Shown here piece after piece: positions 14,785 to 26,760 of a DNA stretch of 64,000 bases. Under the pieces are notes generated by a model. The model saw only the letters and a list, made by a program, of their open reading frames with translations, had not been told where the DNA came from and made no database searches. Each line of letters starts with the position of its first letter. Within the stretch, counting starts at the first letter, position 1. Source of the DNA: Sphagnum compactum (Eukaryota); the NCBI GenBank assembly GCA_965153455.1, contig OZ234493.1:13382213-13446212 (forward strand), read 5' to 3'. Made by a program: the position numbers and the translations under genes.

Positions 14785-14850
14785 GCAATGTTGGTGGACT
14801 TGTTTCTGGCAGATTTGGATGACTTGTCTGACAATGAGGTGCTTCATGAG
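14785..14850 (+). pseudogene. PRP31: Isolated first-exon fragment of U4/U6 snRNP protein PRP31
   Basis: AMLVDLFLADLDDLSDNEVLHE resembles the plant PRP31 N-terminus (MATLxDSFLADLDELSDNE) and is followed by a GTTAGT donor. No downstream Nop-domain exons were found. Confidence 0.65.
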
Positions 14851-17515
14851 GTTAGTCACTATGCTATCATTCTAGATGATGAATGCACCATGTGCGAGAC
14901 TTGGAGAAATACTATAAGAAGTACCTCAAGTGGTTCAACCTTCAAAGCTAACATATACAAAATTTGTTTTGGCATTTCCCAATGCTAGACGAGGCTCTGA
15001 GATTGAAGAAGTAATGTTATTGTTTCTGTATTTGACACATTGATGTAAAACACCCCTTGGACAAATCCTACTTGTATTTCACTAGTCAGTGTTCTGTCTT
15101 CCCTGGCAATGCTCAATTGAGAATTTGTTAGACCTAGTTCTTGATTTGCACAGACTATACATCGAACCTTATAGGGTGAGAAATAAGTTTGTCATTTTGG
15201 ATAAGCACTAGTTGTGTGAAGCAGCATGGAAGCAAGTGATTTGCTTAGATTTGTGTGTGTAGGGAATGGATATAGGGAGGGCTATGGAACGCTGGAACAG
15301 GCTGGTAATGGCAAATTATGGGTATCCATTGGCCAGAACAAATTGGCTACTAAGGTTGTAAAAAACTAAGTGCTTCCTGATTGTATTTGAACATTTAGCC
15401 TCTCCGCAGGTTGTGGGTTGAGTTCCCATTAAGTAGGTTCAGCAAATTATTTTCTCTCTGCCAAACATGGCAAGAGATGTTTTTTGCATAGACTATAATG
15501 AATTTTTACTGTTCTTAGACATATTCAGTCCATTCTGTGATCTATCCTACAAGTGGGCACTGTGCAGTGTCGTTTACATGTTTTGTTGTTCATTTTCCCA
15601 GGTTCAAGGAAAAACACTATGGTAGCAGTGGTGCAATGTCAAGGCTTTCATCCAGTCTTGCCTTCAAACTTGTCCAGGTTTGCACTTTTGTTCTTGCAAA
15701 AATTTATCCTTTAGTTTTGCAGCTTTTGAAAGTTGTTATGACAACATGGTTTTCTGATGAAGGCTAGTATCGATTAGCCCTCATCAGTCTTTGGGGTTTC
15801 CAAATGTTACTAGTTTAAAAAGTCACACACCACCTTCAACAAAAAAAAGTAGGGAAAGTTTGATACTTCTTGACACAATCGAAGCATAAATACACATACT
15901 CATATAATTGCAGAAGTATGCAATGCTCCATGTCATCATACTACATGACTGTGGTGACACTGGCAATGGGTTCATGCAAACCTAAGTCCTAATTAGGCGT
16001 GCAATTCTGATTCAAAAAATGGGTTTTTGTTAGTCAGCAGTTGAATCTTGTTTACATGCATCACTTTTTAAAATCTAATTGGACTAAAGATGTGGAGATG
16101 CGACATGTCTTCCTAATCGACTGTAGTTCTGGAAAGCCGAATGGGGTTTATTGCACCATATCTATCAGCCTTTGTTGAGAGTGTGGTGGCTGCAAAACTG
16201 ATGGGTGTGGTTGGTGGCTTCTTTGCACTGTCTAAAGCTTGAGGCATTTCTAAGTGTTGTCAATAGCAATGATAATAGCCACATTGTGCATATTCCTTGG
16301 GAAGCTGAGTGAGGGATTGGGAATGCATTGACAAAAATTGGCATGCAACACTTCAAGGTTGTTTTTGAATTTATGAGTCTCAAACGCTCTGGCATGAAGA
16401 CATTTCTTGTCAACATGTCACTTGGTAAGGCGTCATTTTGGACAATGTGTGAATCAAAGCTCTTTCCATATACAATGGTGTTTATCTTATTTTGGTTGGT
16501 ATTCTTTTATGTCACTTATTTACTATTAATATTTTGTCTATAGTTGGTATTGGCAAGCCAATAATTGCTATACCTCTTTTGTGCTAACTTATGTCATGGT
16601 GGAGGCATCCTGTTGTTTTTGCTGCTATAGATTTTTGTAACCATTTTCCATGGGTTTTGAACAAACTATTACTTATAGATATACCCATTGGAAACAACCA
16701 ATGGTGATTGAAGGTAGCTAGATGTTGCAATCCAGGATACTTGTGCGACACGCACAAGGTTTATGACTATGCTTATCCTTGTCTATGGAAATGACACAAG
16801 ATTGGCTTAGTTGTTATTTGTATTGTTGTGCAGTTTCTCTGTGCAGTCACATTGATATTTTCTGATCAAAGTGTGGTCTGCAGTGGCCTTGATTTGAATG
16901 TAATTTTCCTCAACAGAAAAAAGATGTCAATAGCATGAGAAATTATAAGTAGTCAAAATTTGAGTTCAGAGGTTGAATCTCCAAATTTGAAACCCTTGTC
17001 ATGATTTTTCAAATCTCTCCATCTTCCAAACATTTTCAAGGGCATGTCATGTCTTACCCACATTGATATGATTGTCTTGACCTTTGCAGAGGAAATTTTG
17101 TGTCAAATTGTGATATAATAGTTTGCATTTCAAAACATCCAACTGTTTTTTCAATATGGCACACTCATGAGTCCTCTTGCACATTCTAGTGTCCTATCCA
17201 TTATGGTTGTAAGGTGAGAAGCTTTTGTGCTTAAAATAGCAATCCCCATTAGAATGTACTTTGGATTGCCTCTCTACTTACTTCTACTTGAGTATTTGAA
17301 TTGCAATGGCACTATCATTAAGACAATTTTCACAATTGATGTTCAAATATGGAGAGTAGTGTGTAACTAAGTTGATGAACTGTGAGCCCAAGCCCCTCTC
17401 TACATATATAACATTCTGTACAACCTTACTAACTGCATCTTTGAACGGGTCTGCAGTTCTACTTAATTGAGAGGGTTAATGTGTGAGCTTCAAGCAAAAA
17501 CAAAACCAGCTCAAA

Positions 17516-20500
17516 TCACAGGTCAAAACTGACTGAGTGATAGCTAAAACCAACTTTATATGTGTTGTAGTAAGTGGTGTTGAAAGACCGGCAATTTTCA
17601 GCAACACTTGTCTGAAGGGTTTCTGGTCCACAAACAAGTACACCCACATTCCCACCTGCTCTTTGTCGCTTCGCACATGCTTCAAATAACTCTGCCAAGT
17701 CATGAAGAGCAAGTAATGGGCATATCATTATCAATCAGAAACAAAGTGAGACGGTTACCTTCTTATGGGTAGGTGTTTTAGGTACATGCTATTTGTTAAC
17801 AACCATACAGCAATGCAATGTCCTGCATAATGAAGATGCAAGAAATTATAGCATTTTAACAGACATTGCTGCATCTCTCTCTTTTGAGACCTCAAAAGGC
17901 TCCTCAAAAAGGCTTCATAAAAGTTGACATAGGTCACACTTCATTGCATCAGTCACCAAAGAAAGACCCACAAATGTTTGATCAGACTTCAATGAAGGCT
18001 TTGCCAAAATCTCATAACTTCAATTGAGTGCTAAGAAAATGCAATGCAGGAATTGAAGTAACTTGAAGGAGGCACACTAATTGAAAGTGGTAAGTGAAAT
18101 GTGTTGGGAGAGGGTGAGACAGTACCTTTTAAGTCAGGTCTGTGCCCAAACTGTGTATTAGAAGGATGGACAAGTTGATCGCCACACTCATTAGCAACTG
18201 TAGTGATATCTTCATCTGCATCCAAAAGTGGCTGAGTGCTCTTTGAGTCACCTTCAGTCTTCTGCTTGCTAAATTGGTACCAAATGCTCCACAGTGCAAT
18301 AACACTGCCGCCAAAACACACAACTCCAAGTATAGTGCTCATGATGTTGAAGAGACCCCTTGCCCATAATGGAAGAGTATTATAGCTGTGATGGTAAAAG
18401 CCTTCATAAGAATAAACTACCAAATTTTCCAGAAACAAGTACCCAAGCATTGAAGCTATCAAACCCAGTCCAACCCACAAATTACTACTAGTCCCAACCA
18501 AAATTGACATTGGTCTTTTTGAGGCCTCAAAATCATAAAGAGATGAAAGGATGCGGGATTTCTTGAACATGTCACACTGTTGACGATCTGTAGTTTGAGG
18601 CCCACTTTCCAGTGGAACAGGTTCTGCTTCTTGGGTGACAAATGTGTGAACTTTGAGGTTGAACTTCAGATCATACTGGGGACAAATTGATGAGGGAGAA
18701 ACAAGATCAAGGAGTTGAAGCTCCTCAGATTTCTTTACTGCCCAGATTAAGGTTACATCTGTTGGAAGATGGTTCTGCTGCCTCTGATACCGTTGCAGCA
18801 AATCTCTTATGATGGCCACAAAGGGAGACACGCCAATTCCTCCCGCCACCATTAAAAGGGTCTCATACCTGCAGACATCATACGTGTCATTTCCTCCCTT
18901 GAGCATGCATGCTAAATCCCACAGCAATAAACAGTATTGATCTCAAATTCAAAACAAGCTGCCAGCTAAAACTTTGGTTGCAGAACTCACTGGAGAAAGT
19001 AATCAGATTCATGACCATATGGCCCCTCGACTGCAACTTGCTGGCCAAAAGGGCATGGTCCTCTGGTCACTGCCGCAGAGACAGCATCCTGCAATTGGTG
19101 AGTCCATTCTCCATACGGCTTTATGAGCACCTTCAGTCGATCATCCCCGTCATATGGACTTGATGACACACTGAAAGGGTGCCATTGGAGTGATGAAATC
19201 CCAGGCACATTTATGAACACAAAACTCAATGCATGGTATTTCAGACCTGAGAATGCCACCAATAAGAGAGTGAGTTTGCAACTGTAAAAAGATGAGCAAG
19301 CTATAGTTCTCAACTAACCACATGCCAAGATAGATATAACTTGCTTACCTTGTGGCTTGGCCAAAACCAGTTCATATGTGCCACATGGTAGCAGCTTCAC
19401 AGATAAAACACCGACAGCGCTTCGTGATTGGCAGAACCGAAGAAACCGGTCAAAGGCAAAGAGGAAAAACCCAACAAAGGCGATGGAGAAAAGGAAGTCT
19501 CCTACATGCAGAGCCATGAAAACCATAAACACAATGTACAGCTGATGTGTGTAGAAGAATAGCTCAAAAAACTTCTGACGCACCCACCCTAAGGATGTCA
19601 CCCACATCATTATCCCAGCAACCAACGAGATCACTCCAGGTAAATTTGCAATTTCATATGGCTCCCATGACAGCAGCTGCAAAATGCACAAAATTTGCAC
19701 CTGGACCTTAGAGGACTTCCTGGCAATATTGCCATGTGTGGACAATTTTATTCCAACAACAAAACTTGTTTTTGGGCCTGCTGGATTTTGGTCGAGAACT
19801 TTTCTCTGCTCAACAAAGAATCAGCAATCAAAGCCACCATGCAGCGGCCCATGCAGAAAGTGAATGGTGATGCAACATACCCGTGCAATGAGATGGCCTT
19901 CAAAGTACCAGGGAATGATGAAGAAGAGACCATGCAGCGTGAAAAGAATCATCACAAAGTGACCCAGCCACACATGGTATTTGGTAGCATGTTCAAAAGG
20001 GATGTCTATGGAGCGGAAAAGCACAGAGCCACGCGATACTGGCAAGAAGAGCAGATTCAAGCTGATAATGCCAATAAAGCCCAACCGCACACCCACCAAC
20101 TTCACCTTACGTCCCCACCTAAAAACATACATTGCAACAAAAGTGGTTTTAATTCTTGTAAATCCAATTTGAAAACAGCAACATTCGAAAACGACAAATT
20201 CAGATAGTTTTTTTTTTTTGGGGCCCCCTCAAGAGAGTTTAACTGCGGCAATTTAGACTACTCTGCATGTTATACTTACACTGTTTCATAGGATTCTCTT
20301 GGTTCAGTTTCAGCTGCATGAAAATCACGAATCATATAGTTGACTACCATCCACGTGAAGATAGCCATAAAAACTGCAATCCAAAGAAGCTCAGCAGCTG
20401 ACATAACACCTAGCAAGCCTTCAACAACTACAGGCTGGTTCTGTAGGCTTGATCTTCCTCTCACCTTCTTCTTGATTGCCCTGCATACCACAATCAACAA

Positions 20501-21292
20501 CCTCTGTACCCAAATCACAGAATACAACACAATCACCATATTTCCAAAACTTTGATATGATTCCAGATACAAGTATCACAATCGGAGTATTGACAAATGG
20601 AGATAACCTTTCTGTTCTCGATTTCTTCTGCATTTAAGAAACTAGACAATTTTGTACAGTATAAGTTCTTTTCCTCAACAAAATCTGACAGAGGAAACCA
20701 AAGTACATATCTAGTTGCAAGATGCTTGAGATCCACACACATTGAACAGTTTATTAACCCTGAATATTTTTGCAAGAACCCCATGTGTTGCTGAAAGGAG
20801 AGCAGAGTACTTGGTCTTATTGCGCGAGGAAGACATAGCAAGACTGATGATGGCAAAAATCACCAGAACCAGAAAAGGACCTCCAAAGAGCAAAAGAAAT
20901 GCACCTGCACATGTTCCAACAATTTGCAAGCATCAGGGCCTAGCATTGGCATGAAACTTTGATAGACCTGAATACATCATTGCAGCTCTTGCAGATGGAT
21001 ACTTTTGATGAGGAAACTCCGAAACAGGGCTACTTTGGAATTTCTGTGTCTTACCAGTCAATCCCAGTGGATATTCCCTCAAATGTTCCAGCAGCCATAC
21101 TAGAGTCTCGCGACTGATTTGTGTGGAAAATGCTGCAATAAAAGCAACTCCACAAAAAAGAACTGCACACATTGTCACTCGCACTGCCCATTCAGCCACT
21201 GTCAATCCCATTTCCCTGGTTGTCTCCCGCTGTTGCTCCGCCGTATCCTCCTTCTTCAACAAAGGCTCTTCTGCCAAGTTTACTTTCCGCAT
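17516..21292 (-). CDS. FRO: Ferric reduction oxidase (ferric-chelate reductase), FRO6/FRO7-like, ~757 aa; exons 21292-21055, 20904-20811, 20480-20280, 20118-19881, 19676-19349, 19246-18991, 18868-18126, 17691-17516
   Basis: All seven introns are GT-AG with matching phases, and the exons total 2274 nt. Motifs: [11 protein letters not shown], heme histidines (YHVWLGH, LHG, THQLY, LHVG), FAD site [22 protein letters not shown] site [17 protein letters not shown], and C-terminal YHSVSFDL. Confidence 0.95.
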
Positions 21293-21945
21293 ACTTGTGT
21301 GCTTCAAAGTACCCAGGAAAAAAACAAAGAAAAAAAGAAGAGAGAACAGAGACTAAAAAGCTAGCACAATTGTTTTTCCTGTCTTCGTACAATTGACCAA
21401 AGCTTCAGGAGATTGCTTGATCACTTTCCTTCCCTCTCTTCCAAACCCCAATTCAAGCCCAAAATTGGACCTTTTGCAAGCAGGTATCAAAGAACAAGCA
21501 TGCTGGTCTGGTTGTGCCAAACTTGCAACCAACTTCCCTTCCCTAAAACCATGATCAACACAAAACCCAACAAAGCAAAGAACAAAACAAAAGGGCAGAA
21601 CACTGTATGTGTGCGTGAGTGTGTGTGTTTGTATGATTGTGTAGCAATTTGCAAACCAACTTCAGCAAAGAAATTGCAGCTGAACAACACTGCAACAGTC
21701 TGTTGTGCACCAAATTTGCAACTACAAAATCCCTGATTAAATTTAGCCCGACAAAAAACCAACGACAACAGCAACAACAACAAGACAAATGACACAAGAA
21801 TCAGAAATCATGTGGTGAAAAGTCTTGGGTTTGGGAAGAGAGACAGAGGAGAGTTAAGAGAGAGGAATCTATGGAAGGCTTTAAAGTAAAGTTTCAAAAA
21901 TTGCAGTGGAGTGAGTGGGAGTGCAATCGGCAAGAATATGCGTTT

Positions 21946-21949
21946 GTGG

Positions 21950-21991
<42 letters not shown>
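21946..21991. repeat. Compound (GT)n(GA)n microsatellite, probably in the FRO 5' region
   Basis: TGTGTG...GAGAGAG run, i.e. a CT-rich tract on the FRO sense strand. Confidence 0.85.
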
Positions 21992-21992
<1 letters not shown>

Positions 21993-22459
21993 AGAGGGAA
22001 TTGGGAAGCGCAGCAACCACAGAAAATAAAGAGAGAGGGAGGTCGCATTGCTGGTGCTACATGCAACCAACACGCAAATGAAAAATCAATCACCCACCCA
22101 ACTTACAATTTTCCTTTCCTTTTTGGTCCACAAATTCCTCATCATTCTTCCTTCTCCATAACCCCCTCCCCCCTCCCCCCCTCTCTCTTTTGGGCAACTT
22201 TTTAGATTCTTTTTTCTTCCACCTTTTGGGATCAATGGTGGGGAGGGAGGGGGGGGAGGAGGGGGATTTTTTGCATCTTTTTGTTTGACCTAAGAAATTT
22301 CTTATGATTTTGTGTCTTGAAACCAAACACAAAGGATTATTGTGGCCCCAAAAAAAAAATGGCCTTAGTTTTGCTCGATTTCGAAGAAAAAATTTAATTG
22401 CCAGATTTTTACAACAGGTTCCTCCAGCAAGTAGGTAGCCAAAATTTAAATCAACCATA

Positions 22460-22700
22460 GGAAGATGTAGAAAAAGTGACCATCATCACGAGGAAGATTT
22501 AGCCAAATCTGGCTATAAACCAAATAGGAACTACTAATCTTTAGTCAACATTCTATATTTTTGGCTACACTCTAAAAAAAAAGATTTATAGAAATCTGGT
22601 GATCCCCTCCCCCCACCCCCCTCTTTAGGTGATTGAAAAGCTCCAAAATTACTTAACTTTTGAATTTTGAATTTCACTTTTTGGCAAAATTTCACACAAG
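22460..22700 (+). repeat. Dispersed repeat family (GGAAGATTTAGCCAAAT...GGCTAC), copy 1
   Basis: Shares AGGAAGATTTAGCCAAAT(C/T)TGGCTA, TTTTTGGCTAC and TAGAAATCTGG with 41190-41455. Confidence 0.7.
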
Positions 22701-23359
22701 TCATATCTCACTTCCCCCCCCCCACATGGCCCTTTTGGGTTGTACAGCGTTGGTTGCATGGAATTTTTTTTTTTCCAAAATATGTTTTTGTCTTTGAAAT
22801 TATGTGGCTCATGTATCGAAAATTTAAGAACTCAAGACCATTATGTAAGTTGTATTTAGCATCTAATTTTGCTTTTTGTTTTAACTATTAGAATATCTAA
22901 TATTGCCAGGTGATCTATTTAGTCATTTGCCTACTTTTTTACTAACAAAAAGCTTCAATTGAAGTTGTTGGGTAAATTGTGCCACACTTTTTGTTTCAAG
23001 GATATATTTTCCTCTCCTATTCACGTCTCCTCTTAATTAGATGATGTGCCTCCCGAGTTCAATTTTTTTTTTAATGTGTGTGCAATTTATTTTTTTGAGG
23101 AACATGTCAGGAACTTGAGAACTCTTTGCTTTCGACCCCCCCCCCCCCCCCCCCCCAAAACAACAACAACAACAACAACAACAAAAAAAAAAAAAAAAAA
23201 CTTGCATAGAAAGTTCACTGTTCACTGTCCACTGTCCAAGTGGAAAGTGACCTCCCCCCCACCACAAAGAAAAAAAGGGAGGCCCTCTCCAACTAATTAG
23301 GAAGGGCTATTTTTGGTCTAATTTTGGACCAAAAATAGTGGCAACCAATTATAGGAATA

Positions 23360-23654
23360 CAATTTCCATGCACCCAATGAGAACTCTAACTGTCTTTTTG
23401 GGCCAATGAGCCAATTTGATTGGCCCATTGCAAAAGAAAATTGAAACTTAGACGCTTCCCAATACTGAAGATTCTATGGACAGGTACATGCATCCCCCCT
23501 TTGGCCCAGCAGCTATGTAGGTGAGAAGGGGAGGACTAAGCGAGGTCCTATTGGGCACACCCTTGCAGAACACATTGGGAACCTATGGAGCATATTGGGA
23601 ACTTGAAAGGAACATGTTGGGAACAAATGAAGAATGAACAAAATCCTCCTCCCC

Positions 23655-23685
<31 letters not shown>

Positions 23686-23822
23686 ACACACAAAACTTAA
23701 TAGAAAAAAATCAAGGCATTTTGAGTGCATGCTGAGCCTTCCCATTGGCTGCATGAAATTTCTATGTTCCAAAACTGTTTTTGACCTGGGCTAATACCCC
23801 CATCATAAACTCGGGGTACTTA
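23360..23822 (+). repeat. Dispersed repeat family (ATTGGGAAC-rich), copy 1
   Basis: CCAATGAGCCAATTTGATTGGC...CATATTGGGAACTTGAAAGGAACA...CTAATACCC is shared with 54490-54895. Confidence 0.7.
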
Positions 23823-23840
23823 TTCATTCATGTACATTAA

Positions 23841-24057
23841 GGGTGCATTCACACTTGATGTTAAGTCAGTGTTAAATGAAAATCTAGGTGGCATTCCTAG
23901 GTGTCACCCAATGTTTAAATGGGCGATAGCTTAATGTTAAGTGAATGTTAGCTTAACGTAAAATGTTCATGGTAAGTAAGTAGGTGTAAGTCCTAAATGA
24001 CTAGCATGGTGTTAGGGGACTCAACACTAGAGTCCCTAATCAAGGGTGAATGCACCT
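23841..24057. mobile_element. PIF/Harbinger (Tourist-like) MITE, 217 bp
   Basis: TIRs GGGTGCATTCACACTTGAT / ATCAAGGGTGAATGCACCT, with TAA on both sides. Confidence 0.85.
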
Positions 24058-24060
24058 TAA

Positions 24061-25129
24061 GGCCCACTTTACACTAGGAGTTCAGGCTGAAAAAGACAAT
24101 TTTTTTAATCTACCATTTTATTATGGCCATGAACTAGTTAGATAAAGTGAAAATAATTTGTTTCTTGCAATTAAGAAGGAAAGAAAATTGTGCAGTACTT
24201 TTGTTTCAACCAAAATATTTTCATGCACATTAAGACCCACTTTACATGAAAAGTTAAGGATGAAAATCTATTAAAAAAATTAATCTACCATTTTATGGTC
24301 CACTTGACCTTAAGAAAGAAAAAGGATACCTATTAACTTGGGAGGTCAATTTGCAGTCGTTGAGGTCAATGTTGTTGTAATAAAATATTGTTGTTTTGAT
24401 AAAACTCATACCATAGAATCAAAATAAAATTTTCAATCTTATTATATATATTTATAATTTCATCTTTAAAAAAAAATTCGTTGAATTTTTGTGCTTGTTA
24501 ATGAACGATGGAAGGAATTTTAATTTTTTAATTTGGGATATGGAAGATATTCAAGTGTTGAATGCAAAAGGTGTGTCAAATGTAAGTTCTATTTCATTAT
24601 AGCCTTTAATTCACCTCTTCAAATGCATGTAACTACAAGAGCTAATTTGTTTAGCTTGACCTCAAATTGCCTTTTCATGAAATCGCTTGTCAATTATAGC
24701 TTCATAAAAAATTTCTCTTGTTGCTTTATTTGTTTCCATAATGAAAACAACCATCATTACCATTGCACTATAATGTCGATGAAATGCAAATTATTGCAGT
24801 GCAACAATTGCAGATATAACATGTTGAATCGTCATGAAAAACATAAGAATTACAAAAATCTTGTGTCTATGCTCATCCACAATGGTATGGTTTTTAGGGT
24901 TTAGCTTGAGAAAAGAAGCAAAGATGAGAAAAGAATGATACCAAGAAAGAAAGAAAACATATGAAGCATTGAAGCATTGGTCCCTACTTTTTGGCCTTAA
25001 TGATTTTAAACTTGAATTCATTGGTCCTTAAACAAAAAAATATTTTATTAATAACTTGGGTCCAAAAAACGAGCCAAGAAATGCTCAAATTTCCCATTAT
25101 TGGCCCCAACTCATAGTGTAAAGTGGGCC
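24061..25129. mobile_element. Non-autonomous PIF/Harbinger element, ~1.07 kb
   Basis: 22-bp TIRs GGCCCACTTTACACTAGGAGTT / AACTCATAGTGTAAAGTGGGCC (1 mismatch). TAA TSD at 24058-24060 and 25130-25132. Internal partial repeat of the left end at ~24232. Confidence 0.85.
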
Positions 25130-25975
25130 TAAGTGCAATAACCAATTATCAGCAGCATTTTCTTTAGTGCAACATTTTGTCAAAATGTGAAAAATAAAAT
25201 AAATTGTGAATAAATTTTCATAATATTTTTATTTTTACCTTAAAAAAATTGCCAAAAATTGATGAAAATTTTGAAAAAGATTCAACACATTTGGACTTTG
25301 TTTTTAGTTTGGTAGCAATTTTTTAACTAGGTTTTTTTAGTGTTTAGACAATTTCTAAAAACATGTTGACCTTTAATGTTAAATCCCTCTTGGGATATTA
25401 ACAAGTGACACAACATCTGAAATTTGAAAAAAAAAAAGAAAAAGAAAATCATTGATCACCATTGCTGAATATTTTTTATATTAACATAATTATCAAGCTG
25501 AAAAATACATAAATTTATCACTTTTATTACTGAACTTGATTTTTAAAATAAAATAATTATTGGACACCTAAGAGCCAAATCAGATAATGTACTAGGGCAT
25601 TCATTCTAAAGTTTGGCACATTCAAATCCAAGCAAAACAAACTTGTTCAGGAATATATGATGGTGCAACACAAAGTAAGGTAAAATGAGAGAAAAATTAT
25701 ATATATATATATAAACAAGGATGAAAATCCATTCACCAAAAGTACAATACATGTCAAAGCAAATATAAACACACGAAAGGAAAATCGAGATCATCAAAAG
25801 AGTACTAATGAAGTGAAAGACATAATGCTAAAAGGACATCCTTTGTCACAAATCAGCTAGTGATGGAGGTGCATTAGCTAATATGTGTAAAATGAAAAAT
25901 TGTAGCAAACATCTTATAGTTTATGGCATTACCCACTTTCAATCTCAAGTTTTGGCAGCTTCCTAAATCAAGTAA

Positions 25976-26760
25976 AAATCTCATAACTGAACAATCCCAA
26001 TTTTCAATACATGTCCATCAAATCATATATATTAATTCAGTAAGTCCGTCTGTCTGTGACGGGGGTTTTGGGGGGTGGAGGAGGGAGAGGCCAGTGAAGT
26101 AGCGGGCAATGCCCAACACTATGTCTGTCTGTCTGTCTGTGACAAGGCTTGGTCTGTCAGTTTGTTTTGGGCACGGGCGGGAACTGGGCACGGACTGGGC
26201 ATGGACTGGGCACGGGCACGAGCACGAACTGGACTGGGCACGGACTGGGCACGGGCACGAGCACGAACTGGACTGGGCACGGACTGGGCACGGGCACGAG
26301 CACGAACTGGACTGGGCACGGACTGGGCACGAGCACGGGTGGGCTGGGCTCGGGAGAGGGGCATGGCATGGGCGGACTGGGCACAAGCGGACACGACATG
26401 GGCAGACTGGGCACGGGCGGGCACGACATAGGCAAACTGCGCACGGGCACGGACGGACTGGGCACGGGCACGGACGGACTGGACACGGGCTGAGCACGGA
26501 CGGGCTGGGCACGGGCGGATTGTGTTCGAACGTCACGGGTACCCACTAGTAATTAATTAATTTTGAAAAATTCATTTCAACACATGAAATATTCCTAAAT
26601 TTTCACTATTTTTTTTCACTATTTTTTTTGATAAAATCTCATAACTGAACAATCCCAATTTTCAACACATGTCCATCAAATAATTAATTAATTTTGAAAT
26701 TTTCATTTCAACACATGAAATATTCTTAAATTTTCACTTTTTTTTTCACAATATTTTTTG
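25976..26760. repeat. Tandem duplication of a ~130-bp unit; the first copy is interrupted by a Helitron
   Basis: AAAATCTCATAACTGAACAATCCCAATTTTCAA(T/C)ACATGTCCATCAAA at ~25976 and ~26633. The second half, TAATTAATTAATTTTGAAA..TTCATTTCAACACATGAAATATTC, is at 26550 and ~26681. Confidence 0.9.
26023..26549 (+). mobile_element. Non-autonomous Helitron, 527 bp, with an internal GC-rich 39-bp minisatellite
   Basis: Begins 5'-TCATATATATT and ends CCCACTAG-3'. Inserted between A and T with no TSD. Subterminal palindrome GTGTTCGAACGTCAC. The empty site CATCAAA^TAATTAATT is present in the neighbouring repeat copy. Confidence 0.9.

Noticed and set aside
26018-26549. Cys/Pro-rich and His-rich ORFs resembling metallothionein or metal-binding proteins near FRO
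   Set aside because: All six frames are open because of a stop-free minisatellite inside a Helitron; not evidence of a gene.
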